A stretch of DNA of 64,000 nucleotides from Utricularia gibba (Eukaryota; Plantae; Magnoliophyta), in NCBI GenBank assembly GCA_002189035.1, contig NEEC01000013.1, positions 620,001-684,000 of the forward strand, read 5' to 3'. Position 1 is the first letter of the stretch. Each line of letters begins with the position of its first letter. A program made the position numbers and the translations under genes. This document shows, piece after piece, positions 27,447 through 39,060 of this stretch. A model generated the notes under the pieces. That model worked only from the letters and a program-made list of their open reading frames with translations. It did not search any database and was not told the DNA's origin.

Positions 27447-28539
27447 TTACTGATCCCTGACACTGACAACAAGATGCCCACCTATCTACACCTTCACCTT
27501 CCTCCATCTTCTGCTTTGAAAATCATTGAAGGAAAAATCCGAAACCCAATTTATAAGAAAGATGAAAAGATTAGGCGCAGCGATGCAGAACAGAGGAGCT
27601 GGCAACAGCAGCAGCAGCCTGCTGCAAATCAGCAGCAGAGTTGCAGCTGCAGAATCAGCTACTTCTGCGCGAGATAAAAAGTGGGAGAGAAAAAAGCGTA
27701 TTTCGAGATTTTGAGAGGCCGTCTGAAAACATTGGCATCCACACATAGGCACAGGGAGGGTCTTCGCTTTAAAGACGCGGGTTCGACGTACTCGCGTCCC
27801 CCTACTCGGGACGCACACGTACGTGATTTTATTATGAACACAAATTAGAAAATTAAAAATAAATCAAAATTAGAAGAACCTCAGCCGTGCAACCAAAACT
27901 TGTTAATATTCACATACATGAGACGTTTGAAATGGGCATCCAAAGTATATTCGGTTATTGAAAAACATTTTTTCAGAAGTCATTTTAATAAAATAAAAAT
28001 ATTTCTAAATTTTTACTTTATTTAAATCAAAGATTCCTTATTGTTTATAATAAAATTGCTAATATATTACTTTTCCATAAGAGTAAGTTATTTCCAACAA
28101 AAATGCATTAAAATTCTCAAAAAGAGCAGTGAAATGCAATTTTCAAAGATGGGTAGCATAATCCAAGTGGATTGATTGGTTGTTGGTAAGTCTGCGAAGT
28201 TGCACATGAGGCCTTGGAATCGGCGCCCCTTTATTTACGGGGGATGACTGAGTGAGTGCCCTGTCCCCTTCCTTCCATGTGTGTATTCCAGCGTTTTTCT
28301 TTCCCCTTTTTTTCATTATTTAAAAATCTAATTTCACACGTAATTAACTACATTAAAATTCGAGAATAAATCAGAGGGCTTGAGAAAATAAAGGGATAAC
28401 CAAATTAGAAAAATAAAATAAAGAAACCAGAAGCAGTCTAATTTCAGGATTATGCTGCCCGGAAAAACAAAACCTGCAATTAATTAGAGAGATCCGACAG
28501 TGCCGTTGCTCCGGCGCGAGAGCTGGCTATTTCGAGCTG

Positions 28540-28785
28540 TTAGTGTCGGAGAAGCCTACAGTAGCTGCGGCAATTGTTGCAGAGGCGGCGGACGACCCTC
28601 TTGTGGAAACTCCGGTGACAGCTACATGCGGCGCATCGCAGCGCCCCCCCACTCCCTTCCTCCCCCGACGGCATAAATTCACAGCACCCGTCCACCGCGT
28701 ACTTTCCTACACTCGCTGCGTGATTTTTCCGGCATTCCTGGTACGTCACCTCCCTCTCGTTATCCTTCCTCGGCGCTGGATTCAT
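28540..28785 (-). CDS. MIF: Mini zinc finger protein (ZF-HD dimerisation domain only), 81 aa
   Basis: [30 protein letters not shown]...[15 protein letters not shown] is the ZF-HD zinc finger; no homeodomain follows. Confidence 0.92.
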   Translation of the reverse strand: MNPAPRKDNEREVTYQECRKNHAASVGKYAVDGCCEFMPSGEEGSGGALRCAACSCHRSFHKRVVRRLCNNCRSYCRLLRH

Positions 28786-30449
28786 TCTCCGCCCCTTACC
28801 GAGAAGGGAAACAAAAATCAGATAAACAGGGTATTGGCGAAATTGGGCATTATTTAGCGGAGATGATGTGCGGTAGTTAACTTAGTTGGTTGGTGCGCCG
28901 CCGTAGGGTGCTGTAGGTGCCGGATTCGACGGCGGCGTTCGTAGACCGGTGCAATCAAAGGATAGGTTCCAATAATGCATGCTGCTCATTACTGTTTCCT
29001 GTTGCAGGAAGGGAACCATTCCCCACCGTCGGATCGTGTTTCATCTCCGTCTCTCCAGCATCTACTACTGTTTCCAGTCGTTTCATGGGCTAGAGTTGGC
29101 TTAGACAGACAGACATATAATTGGTGTCTGTGTGTATTTTTTTGTTTGTCTAAATTATTTAATAAGTAGAAATAGTGAGCTCTATGTACTTGGGCTACAC
29201 TCGCCTCGTTTGTCTAGCGTCAGAATAATCATCTCACATGACGTTACACGTCACCAGCACCTTAACCCCAGTCCTTTCATTACAAAGATTCCTTGTTCGT
29301 AAAATAATACCAGAATGGACTCATGGAAAAGGATAAAACGCAGAAAATAATTTTATTATTCTTAAGCCATCCAATAATTTCTATTTTTAAATATATTACA
29401 CCGAATATGAATACAATTGAAGGTAGGAAGTTTAACTGTGGAAGATTTGGATGCGATGATTATGTTGCTATAGTTTTTCATTTAATTGATCCAATTATGA
29501 TAAAAATCATATATATTTTTTAAAAAATACTTTTAAAGGTACTATACCTTATTGCATACATACTAAATTCATTTTAATTTCACTATTCCATTACAGATTT
29601 TAATTAATAATTCGTGTATTGAAAAACGGTTGATGTGGTGATAGAAATTAAGGTGAATGCCTTGTGCATCAAGAAAAGTATTTTGAAATAATTTTATTGT
29701 TAAATACGAATGATATCAACTTTAAAAATAACAAATATTTAGAAATAATTATTATTTTTAAAAAATTATAGAATTTTTTTTATTTTTTAAAAGTATTTTT
29801 CGAAAAATGCTTTTTTAAGACAGAACAATATAGAAAGAAAATTACCATGTGTATCCGGAATTCATAATAAATTATTTATTTTTAAATAACTGAAGATTGC
29901 ACACAAAATTATTAAAGTTCATTTAGAAAAAAAAAAAGAATAAAAAAGGCATGGAGGTGAGAGGTGGTATGGCTAGGCAGTAGGCATGTAGTGGGTGGGG
30001 GTAACTGAAGTAAAAAGTGGCAGTTTCCCGTTTAGGTTATTTTACAATATGGTCCCCGCTCCTACGTCTTTTTATACTTTTCTCCTCCCACGTGAATTTA
30101 TTATTTGCATCTCCGGCCTCACAACCCTCCCTAATTTCGCCTTAACCCCAGATTACCCAATTGTGGACCAAAATTTATAAATTTTAAACTTGGGCACTCT
30201 TTCCCCTTCGAGATTTTTCGTTTTCTTTTTATCATAACAAATTCGAGAATGAAATGAGCGACCCCAATACCAAGATGATATATTATACCCTGAGATTGAA
30301 AGATGCAGCCTATGGGTGTGCATCTCGTGTCTGTTAAATTTCGATTATCGTATAGAGAAAGAGTGTATAAATTTAATGTATTATCTGTGTAAAATTTTTT
30401 TGGCAAAATATCTGTCATTTTTTTCTTCATTAAAGTGCCTGCGATTTGT

Positions 30450-31350
30450 TTTTTATTTTAAAAATACCTGTTATTTAAATAGTATTGTTTTAACACCTAA
30501 TTTTTTATTTCGTTGTAATGCATATTATTGTATATTAAAATAAATCAATTTATTTCAAAGTATGTAAATTATTTTTGATCAAAAAAGTATTTATACGGAT
30601 TAATTATATTAACAAATAAAATAATAATAATTAAAAAATAAAAAAACTGTTTTTTATGTATGAAAGAGAAGAACATTTCACGAACCTTTGTTCGTTTAGG
30701 TTTAAGTCTGACGAGAATAATATTCTACGACTAACAATTCATTTAGTTTCAAACTGATCCAAAAATTGTAATATAAAGTATGAAATGAGATGAATAATAA
30801 AAATTTATCAATTTAAATCTAATCATATTTGTGCTTAAGGAATATTCATAGAGCGAAAAATTGTTAAAATTTTTTTGTAATTAAATTTTTTATAATTAAA
30901 ATATTCAGGGTATTTTTGTATAGATAAATTTTCTTAATTATTTTTGAGTGTTATAATTTTCAGATTATATTTTTTACATACATTTTTATTAATAAACAAA
31001 TAAAAAATGCCCTAAACCCTAAAAAAATGCCAGAGCTAGCGGGTGTGACAGTCGACGACGTCACAATCCATTGACTAGAAGTGAAACGGGCATTTATTGT
31101 ATTTGGTAAAACTTTTTAATTTTTATAGATTAAGTATAAAAAAAAGAAATTGAAAATATTTTAAATTTCTTTCAATTAAAATAATTTAATTTAAAAAACT
31201 ACAGTTATTTTAATAAAAGATAATTGATGAAAGAAAGACAGGTATTTTAATAAAAATAAAGACAATTTCCGGTATTCTAATAATAAAAAAAATTAATAGG
31301 TAATTTGATAATAATTTTGAAGAATACCGCTAGTTTGATAAAAAGGCCAG
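30450..31350. mobile_element. Possible degenerate MULE-type MITE
   Basis: AAAATACCTG near 30460 and inverted CAGGTATTTT near 31240 around an AT-rich core. Ends and TSD not resolved. Confidence 0.35.
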
Positions 31351-31984
31351 AAAGAGTGCAGTGTATATAACAATTCTATGTATTTTATGGTTATATTAAA
31401 AAAACACAAATTGACAACGACAGATGAGAGAGCGGCTTGGCTCGTTTTCAGCTTTCCAGTTTGGGCAGACTCGACTTTTTCCGCGGGCCATCGGCAACAG
31501 CTTCATTCCCTCACGCGGTTTCACTTGCGCGTCAGAGCCACGCTCTAAATTGAAAAAAAATAAAAATGTCGTGAGAGAAGAAATGGAATAAGCCTGGGGC
31601 TGGCTCCAAAGGTCCCCCAGAAGGAATTCGGCTTATTTACAATTGGGCCAAAATTTGGGCTGGCTCACAATCACCACTACTATTAAACTTTAGTATGCAA
31701 TGTCGAAATGGATGGGATTGAATTGGATTCAACTAAATTTAAAATCAATTCGCAAAGCATAAGAATATCCAAAGTTAATCTCAAACATCAAAATTCCAAA
31801 ATCAAAGTTGTATCCGATTCAAAAAAATATGATTAAGATCATATTCAATACTGATTAATCTAATTTTTATTGAATTACTACAAAATATCAAAAATAAATA
31901 AAAAGATGTTTAATACTACTATACATGCTATTGAATCAATAGTTACATTGCTCGGAAAAAAACTTTATTTTTTTAGATTTCTAT

Positions 31985-32150
31985 CATTATTTATAATGGT
32001 TTTTCAAATGATAGTACAATGTCTTATTTGAATAGAAAAATGAAATGTTGGAAAATATTTATTTCAGTAAATGAATTTTTGCATATAAAATGTACTACTA
32101 TTCGTTGAACTTAGTTGTGATACATAGATTGAAAACTTATAATGATTTTA
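31985..32150 (+). pseudogene. hAT transposase remnant (DN..SND..M.YL...EFLH..C...LNLVV region)
   Basis: Degenerate translation of the hAT catalytic region; colinear with 45215-45360. Confidence 0.55.
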
Positions 32151-32439
32151 TTTTGAGAGGTATGACTAATCCGTCATATATGTTTATCAACTGGTAGATT
32201 TGATATTTTTAAGAGTACTTTAATTATTTAAAAAGTTGAATACATAGGCATTTTTCACTTTTATATTGAAACTCGAAAAAAATCTACATATCTTATGTTA
32301 AAAAATGGTTTGAGATTTCATAAGGTTTTTGAAATATTTTGAAAAGATAAGTTACTTTACATATAATATTTTTGTATAAAAGATGAAGATGATGATGATG
32401 ACAAAAAAGTTAATGAAAAGTGAAAGAAATAGCAAGTAT

Positions 32440-32892
32440 TGAAAAGATTATTTAAATTGTGAAATATTTTGTGAATTTCTTGAAAGTTTTGTTTTTCAAT
32501 ATTTAAATTGAGGTTTGAATTTTTATTTCGTAACGTTTTATTTACCAACGTGCTCTTTAGTATCACATAACCCGAAGGGAGTGTGAGAGAATCAAAGATT
32601 GGATTCAAGCACCTACGGAGAAAGAATCAGTTAGACATTGTTGATAAGATACATTCTGTTTAATATGTGTACAAGGTGTGAGGTGTAGGGGTTAGATTTG
32701 AGTGTGGGTAAAACACAAGTTATCACAAAATTTGAAATGGCTCTAATGACATAGTTGATTCTATAATCCTATTAAATGAAGTATGGTGCTATAATGGTCA
32801 CTGAATAACATTATTTTAAAATAACAACCTCATAACTTGCGCAAGTAGGTCAGTTTTTAAGATTTACACATACAAGTTTGAGCGAGTTTTAA
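32440..32892 (+). mobile_element. Partial LTR of the 55245-56250 family, inverted
   Basis: AACGTTTTATTTACCAACGTG...CATAACCCGAAGGGAGTGTGAGAGAATCAAAG and AACTTGCGCAAG match the reverse complement of 55245-55640. Confidence 0.6.
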
Positions 32893-33443
32893 GTAAGATG
32901 GATTCTAGATCCAAAGTCAATTTTATTATTGTTTTTAAAACCAAATATTTTTTTATTTTCAGTTTTTTGAGTTTTTGTTTGAAAAGAAAATTTTAATAGT
33001 AATTTTATGTGGATACGATTATATTTTATTATTTCAACGGTTTATGTACACTTACAGAATCACTATAAAAAACAATATTACAAAAACAGATACTCGAATC
33101 TTAGAACCACAAATCCTAAGATTTTAAACTGTAAAAATAATTGAGAGAAGCCAAAAAAATTCAATCTAAATATGTGACGCTCTATTTGCCAAAAAAAATT
33201 GCTATTTGATTTTATAGGTGGATCTAAGATATTAATGTTGGTCTATAAATATTGAAAGTTCAGTAGAAAAATAGAAATTACAATCTCTTATAATAAATAA
33301 CATTTTTCACAATTTTGGTACCAAAGTTCTCATATAAAACCCAGATACTCAGCAGCACCGAAGCAGACACGCAAACGAGGACCTGGACAAAGCAAAAGGC
33401 AGTGCAATAGACCAGAGGTTTTCTCGTCAACCAGAGACGGAAA

Positions 33444-33809
33444 TTATGGGCTTGTGGGAGCCGGCGATGGTGGTGGATTGCCAAACCATCCCCCGTAATC
33501 GGGTGCGTACTTCGAGACCGGTGATGGTATCGATGTATTGGGATCCTCCAGCAGAAACCTTGATGACGTCCAGTTTTCTCCATGGGATGAAATTAGGGTT
33601 TTTTTTGAAAAATACTCACTGTATTTTGACTGTGTTAGAAATCTATCCAATCTTAATGAATTTTTTTGTGCTTACTGTGTGTGAGATAAATGGACAGTGG
33701 ATACTTTTCAAAATGACCTGATAAAATTATCCTGAATTTTCCTGCCCGCTAGACATGAAGGAATCATGAGCAGGAACAGAACCACACCACTGGAGCAGCC
33801 TTTCGCCAT
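33444..33809 (-). pseudogene. Small secreted Pro-rich peptide precursor, copy 1 (HypSys-like); damaged or re-spliced
   Basis: ATG at 33809 (MAKGCSSGVVLFLLMIPSCLAG) and C-terminal GENWTSSRFLLEDPNTSIPSPVSKYAPDYGGWFGNPPPSPAPTSP* (stop ends 33444). The splice acceptor used by copies 2 and 3 is deleted, and a MULE sits 40 bp upstream. Confidence 0.65.
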
Positions 33810-33848
33810 TCCCCAAGAGCTTGAAGATCTTCAAGTGTGGAGTAATTA

Positions 33849-34020
33849 GGTATAATACCCCACTGTCAAAAAGTTATTTGCTGAATACCCCACCTTTTTG
33901 TAAAATTAGTTGAATACCCCTTACTTTTTTTTTGTTTGTTGAATACCCCTAATTGAGGTAATGGAAAGAATAAAATAATAAAAAATATTTAATATATTAA
34001 AAATAATTACTAAATACATT

Positions 34021-34063
<43 letters not shown>

Positions 34064-34809
34064 CTTATTTGATGTTTATAAGTTGCATATAAAACTTTTA
34101 TTCATGTATTTGAAAATGATAAACTTTAAATATCATTTAATTTTTATATCATAATATAACAATTCTAGTTAATTTTATCATTAAAAATATTTATGTTTAT
34201 ATATTTGTAAATTTAATTAAAAATATGAAAAATGTAGAATATATTAAAGAATATATATTATTTTTGTTTATTAAATAATTGTATAAATTTGTTGGAATTA
34301 AATGTAAAGACGGGCGTAAATGCCCATCCCCATGAAACCACGACTTACACGGGTGTGGGTTACATCTTGCACAAGCGTGGATTATATAAACTACGTCTAT
34401 GGAAGTCATGTATTTTTTTAATTTTTAAATTTATAATTTAATAAATTATATTTTACGAAATATTATAATTATTTTAAATTTAAATTAAATTATTTGAAAT
34501 TAATATTAAATTTATTATTTATTTTGAACATATTTGCATATTTTACTAATTATTTATTTGTATGTTTATAATTTATTGTTCATTACATATCAACAACAAA
34601 AATTAATTATACATATATTATTTTAAATATATATATAAGTAAATGGAATTATATATTATTTTAGATATATCAAATATAGTTTTATTATTATCTTTCATCA
34701 AATAGGCGCATTCAACAAACACACACAAAAAAAAAACGGGGTATTCAACTAATTTTAGTGAAAGACGAGGTATTCAACAAATACTTTTTTGGCAGTGGGG
34801 TATTTTGCC
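33849..34809. mobile_element. Non-autonomous MULE-like element with long terminal inverted repeats
   Basis: Left end GGGTATAATACCCCCACTGTCAAAAAGTTATTTGCTGAATACCCC...AAAATTAGTTGAATACCCC; reverse complement of right end GGCAAAATACCCCACTGCCAAAAAAGTATTTGTTGAATACCTC...AAAATTAGTTGAATACCCC. AT-rich core; no clear TSD. Confidence 0.8.
34024..34057. repeat. (AT)17 microsatellite inside the MULE
   Basis: Directly visible perfect AT run. Confidence 0.95.
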
Positions 34810-35199
34810 AAAGAAGCCTTCAACAAATACTTTATGTAATCGACATCCATACTATGATTTCAGTGTTTTACGAGTTACAAATCTTTTAAAATTAATTGTG
34901 AAATGACATGTATGAAAGTTTTGGTGCCATTGTCAGGGAATTCATTTTTCTTGTGTTTGGTGTTATGTAGTTTCATTTTTCTTTTTGTTTTTTCCTTTTC
35001 TTTGCTTTTTTCTTCCGTTTTTTTCTCATGTTGTTTCATTCTCTGTTTGTTTTTTTTTTTTTCACTTTTCATCTGGTCAAGCCTACTGAGTTTACACCAA
35101 CTCTTAGATCTTATTGAGAAGTCTTGTATCCTTTGGACCAAGAGATTGAACAGACATTTCTCGCCAAAAAAGAGGAAGTAGACATCCTATTCAACTACT

Positions 35200-35760
35200 G
35201 GAGATATCATGATGACAAATGCATTTGTTGGAGTATCCATAGCACCTGACACCCAAGGAAAACAATACCAAGGAAATTACTTCAAATCATTTTGGCCATC
35301 TCTTATCATTATATTTGATTGGGAAGAAAATTATGAGCTATGTCCATACTTATTTTATATGCTTCTGAAGTTTGCTAGAAAGGAAAATGATGACCCTAAT
35401 CATCATCTTCGTAAGTTGCACTTAGTTTCTGCATCTGTGCATCCCAAAGGAGCAATGGAGAATCAAGTCAAGCTTCATGTTTTTCTCTTTAATCTTACCG
35501 AACAAGCTTTGGAATGGCTTTATGGGCTTCCACCATCTTCTATTGTCCAATGGGCTTAGATGGTTCAAAAATTTTGAATTATTATGCACCACTAGGAAAA
35601 TCTTCAGCAAGAAGAAGAGTATTGACAACTATGATACAAAGTAAAAGAAAAAAATTTGTAGGAGTATTATGATCGGTTTAATCGAATCTATAATTCCTAC
35701 TATCAGCATGTATTCACTAAAAGTCAAATATTTCAACACTTCAATAAAAGACTGGACTGA
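35200..35760 (+). pseudogene. Ty3/Gypsy gag (retrotrans_gag) remnant, copy 1
   Basis: YEL...LLKFARKENDDPNHHLRKL...KLHVFLFNLTEQALEWLYGLPPSSIVQW is typical Athila/Tat-like gag; colinear with 41560-42026 plus 43301-43430. Confidence 0.75.
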
Positions 35761-37049
35761 CTCCTATAATTTAAGTCTATCAAAACTTTTTCTTGTATTA
35801 ACCTTTGATCTACCGTCAGCTTGAATGATTTGAAAATGAATTTTTGTTTTCTTCTGCTTTTTCTTCTTCTTTTTTGTTTGCTTGCCCTGTTCTACCAAGT
35901 TCTCTATTGATAATATTACTCTCATCTTGATTAAAAATTCTCTTTATATCCTTCATTTCTCATCTCCTTGGGATTAATGTGTATTAAATTCCTTCCTTTA
36001 CCACCTTTTACTCTTTTTGATATTCCTTATTGATGCCCTTACTCTAGAGTAGACCTTATCCTTCATAAGGCTTTTTGATTTTTTTTGGCATGTGAATGAT
36101 TGGGTATAGGATGCATCACTCAAACAAATGAGATTAAATAAAGATTACAGCTAAACCATTAATTTATTCTCCATCTAGATTAACATATTGTGCTAAAACT
36201 TTCAAAAATATAAAAAATTTAAATTAAATTCTAATATTAGTAAGATAATTATAAATATATTATAATTGGTTATATTAATTAAAAATAAAAAATTATTTAA
36301 ATGATTTGCATACATAAATCAATACTGTTGTATTTATTATTTTGAGTATTTATTTACAATGTATAATATAATTACAATATATTAAAAATAATCAATTTTT
36401 TTCATTTTAAAGAAAACTTGAATTTAAAAACAACTAAATAATAAATTACCATTAAATAAGTGGTTATTTTAAAATTTCATAAAAAATTAAATTTTATTTA
36501 TTGGACTTCAAGCTATTAATTTCTTGACTAAATAAGTTACATCCATTAAGCAGGCCCTACAACACCCACCTTTCTATATGTGTCGTCCCAAAGTATTTCC
36601 GCGCTCTTCTCAAAAAAGGCGGGAATACATTAATTATTTTATTTACTCTGAACCCTAAAACCCTAAACCACAAACTCAAAATTATATTTTTTTCTTATAT
36701 AAATAGCCTTTAATGATAGCTTTATCATCACAAATATTGTAATACGTTGAATATCCAAGCTAATGTCACAAGAACAAAATTTTTCGCATAGCTATGAATA
36801 TATTTTATCTCAAATGTTTTCCTTTTTGAAATATCATAACATTTTATATCTACTTAAGTAACAAGATACATTATTTTAAAATTTTTGTTTGAGTGGTTAC
36901 TTTTAAATTTAAATATCAATAAATTCTCTCTTAGTAAGATACTTGTAATTTTAAAATTTACTATAAAATTATTTGAAATGATTATTCATGAAAATATAAT
37001 AGATGCCAAACTTAAATGAAAATATTTAATAAAAAAATCACATTCATAA

Positions 37050-37900
37050 CCACATTTAACTAGAAATTTAATATATTACCTATATAAAAAATTTATTTTT
37101 TAAATACCTGTTTTTTTACTTTATCAAAATACCTGTAATTTTTTTTCTTTTTGAAAATACCTTTATTTTCAAATTAGTCTTTTAATACCTATTTTATTTT
37201 TATTGAAATGTATACTATTATATATTAAGATAAATTAGTTTATTTCATAATTATTATTAATCAAAAAATTATTTTGATGGATTACTCTTAATGAAAATTA
37301 TTAATCCATGGGTATCATAAAGTTACACGAATGTGGGATATGCGTACCCCATGTAAAATCACTTATTTCGAAAGTGGTGTTATGCGTATCAGAAAGGTAC
37401 ATAAGCATGGGTTATGCACATAATCCACGTTCGTATGTTGGACTCCTACCAAATTACTTATTCGTGATAGATGTTATTATATATTGTTTTGTATAATTTT
37501 TTTTGTAAAATTGTTATAAGAAATCCTCTAATATATAGTTAATGCATTCAATTTTTAATAACTAAAAAACACTTTGCAAAAAAAAAAAATTAAAAAATAA
37601 ACATACAATTAAATATCTACAAATTCATTTAATAATAATTTCTTATTTAGTGGTTTATGGATTTAATTTCCATTTAAAATGAATAAATCTAATTATTTTT
37701 AATGTATATTTCTTTATTATTTATAAAAAAAAGGGATATTGAAAAATCTCTTTATAAATATAATTCATTAACACAAAATAGAGGTATTTCAAAAATGTAT
37801 ATCAAATAGGGACCATTTTGAAAATAAAAATTTTGCATAGTATTATTTTTCAAATATCTTTATTAAAAAAGGTATTATAAATATTAAATTTACACAAAAT
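37050..37900. mobile_element. Possible degenerate MULE-type MITE
   Basis: Repeated AAATACC motifs at 37100-37190 face repeated GGTATT motifs at 37735-37880; central GC-richer core (37305-37420) resembles the core of 33849-34809. Confidence 0.4.
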
Positions 37901-39060
37901 TATTTATCTAAAAAACAAATTAATTAAAAAATAAAAATAAGTGTGGTACACTATAGATAAGTCTGTTTCGTAGTTATTGTAATTAATTTATTTCTTTATG
38001 TTAAAATAAATTTGACTACACAATCAAAATATGACATATATTTAGTAATTAATTTATTTTTTGTTAGTAATTTCTCTCTCTAAATCGAAAATAAATTGGA
38101 CCATGTCTTAGAAATTAGAGGTTTCATAAGAGTATGTCATATATTTAGATATGGTATATGTATCAGTGCCATATCATAAATACTTTTCAGTGTTAATACT
38201 ATGACACACAAAAAATAAAACTACTGTTATTTATTAAAAGATTTTTGTCTCAGTACCTTATTGCAAATTCACCCTCTAGATTTGTATTAATTGATAATAA
38301 AGATGTCTATCAGTGTAAACATGTATGTTAAAAATAGAGTAAACAATTAGTCATATCAATGGAAATGGGCTAACACCAGCCTAGCCCAAACAACTATTAC
38401 ATAGTCATGCCAACAAATTAAAAATTAAAAGACACATTCATATGAAGCACTGCAAATTCAATTGAAGATCTATCTCTAAAATCTTATTCCAAACATAGAA
38501 CGTTGTATAATAGGACACTTATGCACACTAAAGAAACAATTAAACACACAAGAATCGGAATTACACAAATCACCAAACCTGACAACCGAAATCGAGCAGT
38601 TGAAATAGCTCTGATGGCAATATTCTTGTCTCACCCATGGATTAAAAATCAAACGACCAAAATACAAGAGCAGAATCAAAACAATATTACAAAAACCAGA
38701 TACTCAAATCTTAGAACCACAAATCCTAGGATTTTAAACTGTAAAAATAATTGAGAGAAGCCAAAAAAATTCAAACGAAAAATGTGATGCTGTATTTGCA
38801 AAACGAAATTGCTATTGGATTTTGTAGATGGATCTAAGATATTAATGTTGGTCTATAAATATAGAAAGTTCAGTAGAAAAATAGAAATTCCAATCATGGA
38901 AATATCTCTTATAATAACATGTTTCACGCTATTGGTACCAAAGTCCTCATATAAAACCCAGATACTCAGCACTACTGAAGCAGACACGCAAACGAGGACC
39001 TGGACAAAGCAAAAGGCAGAGCAATAGACCAGAGGTTTTCTCGTCAACCAGAGACGGAAA

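Noticed and set aside
34875-35181. Lys-rich and Phe-rich ORFs
   Set aside because: Translation of T-rich low-complexity sequence.
36648-36672. AACCCTAAAACCCTAAACC telomere-like motifs
   Set aside because: Only two to three units; a common telo-box or TE subterminal motif, not an interstitial telomere array.
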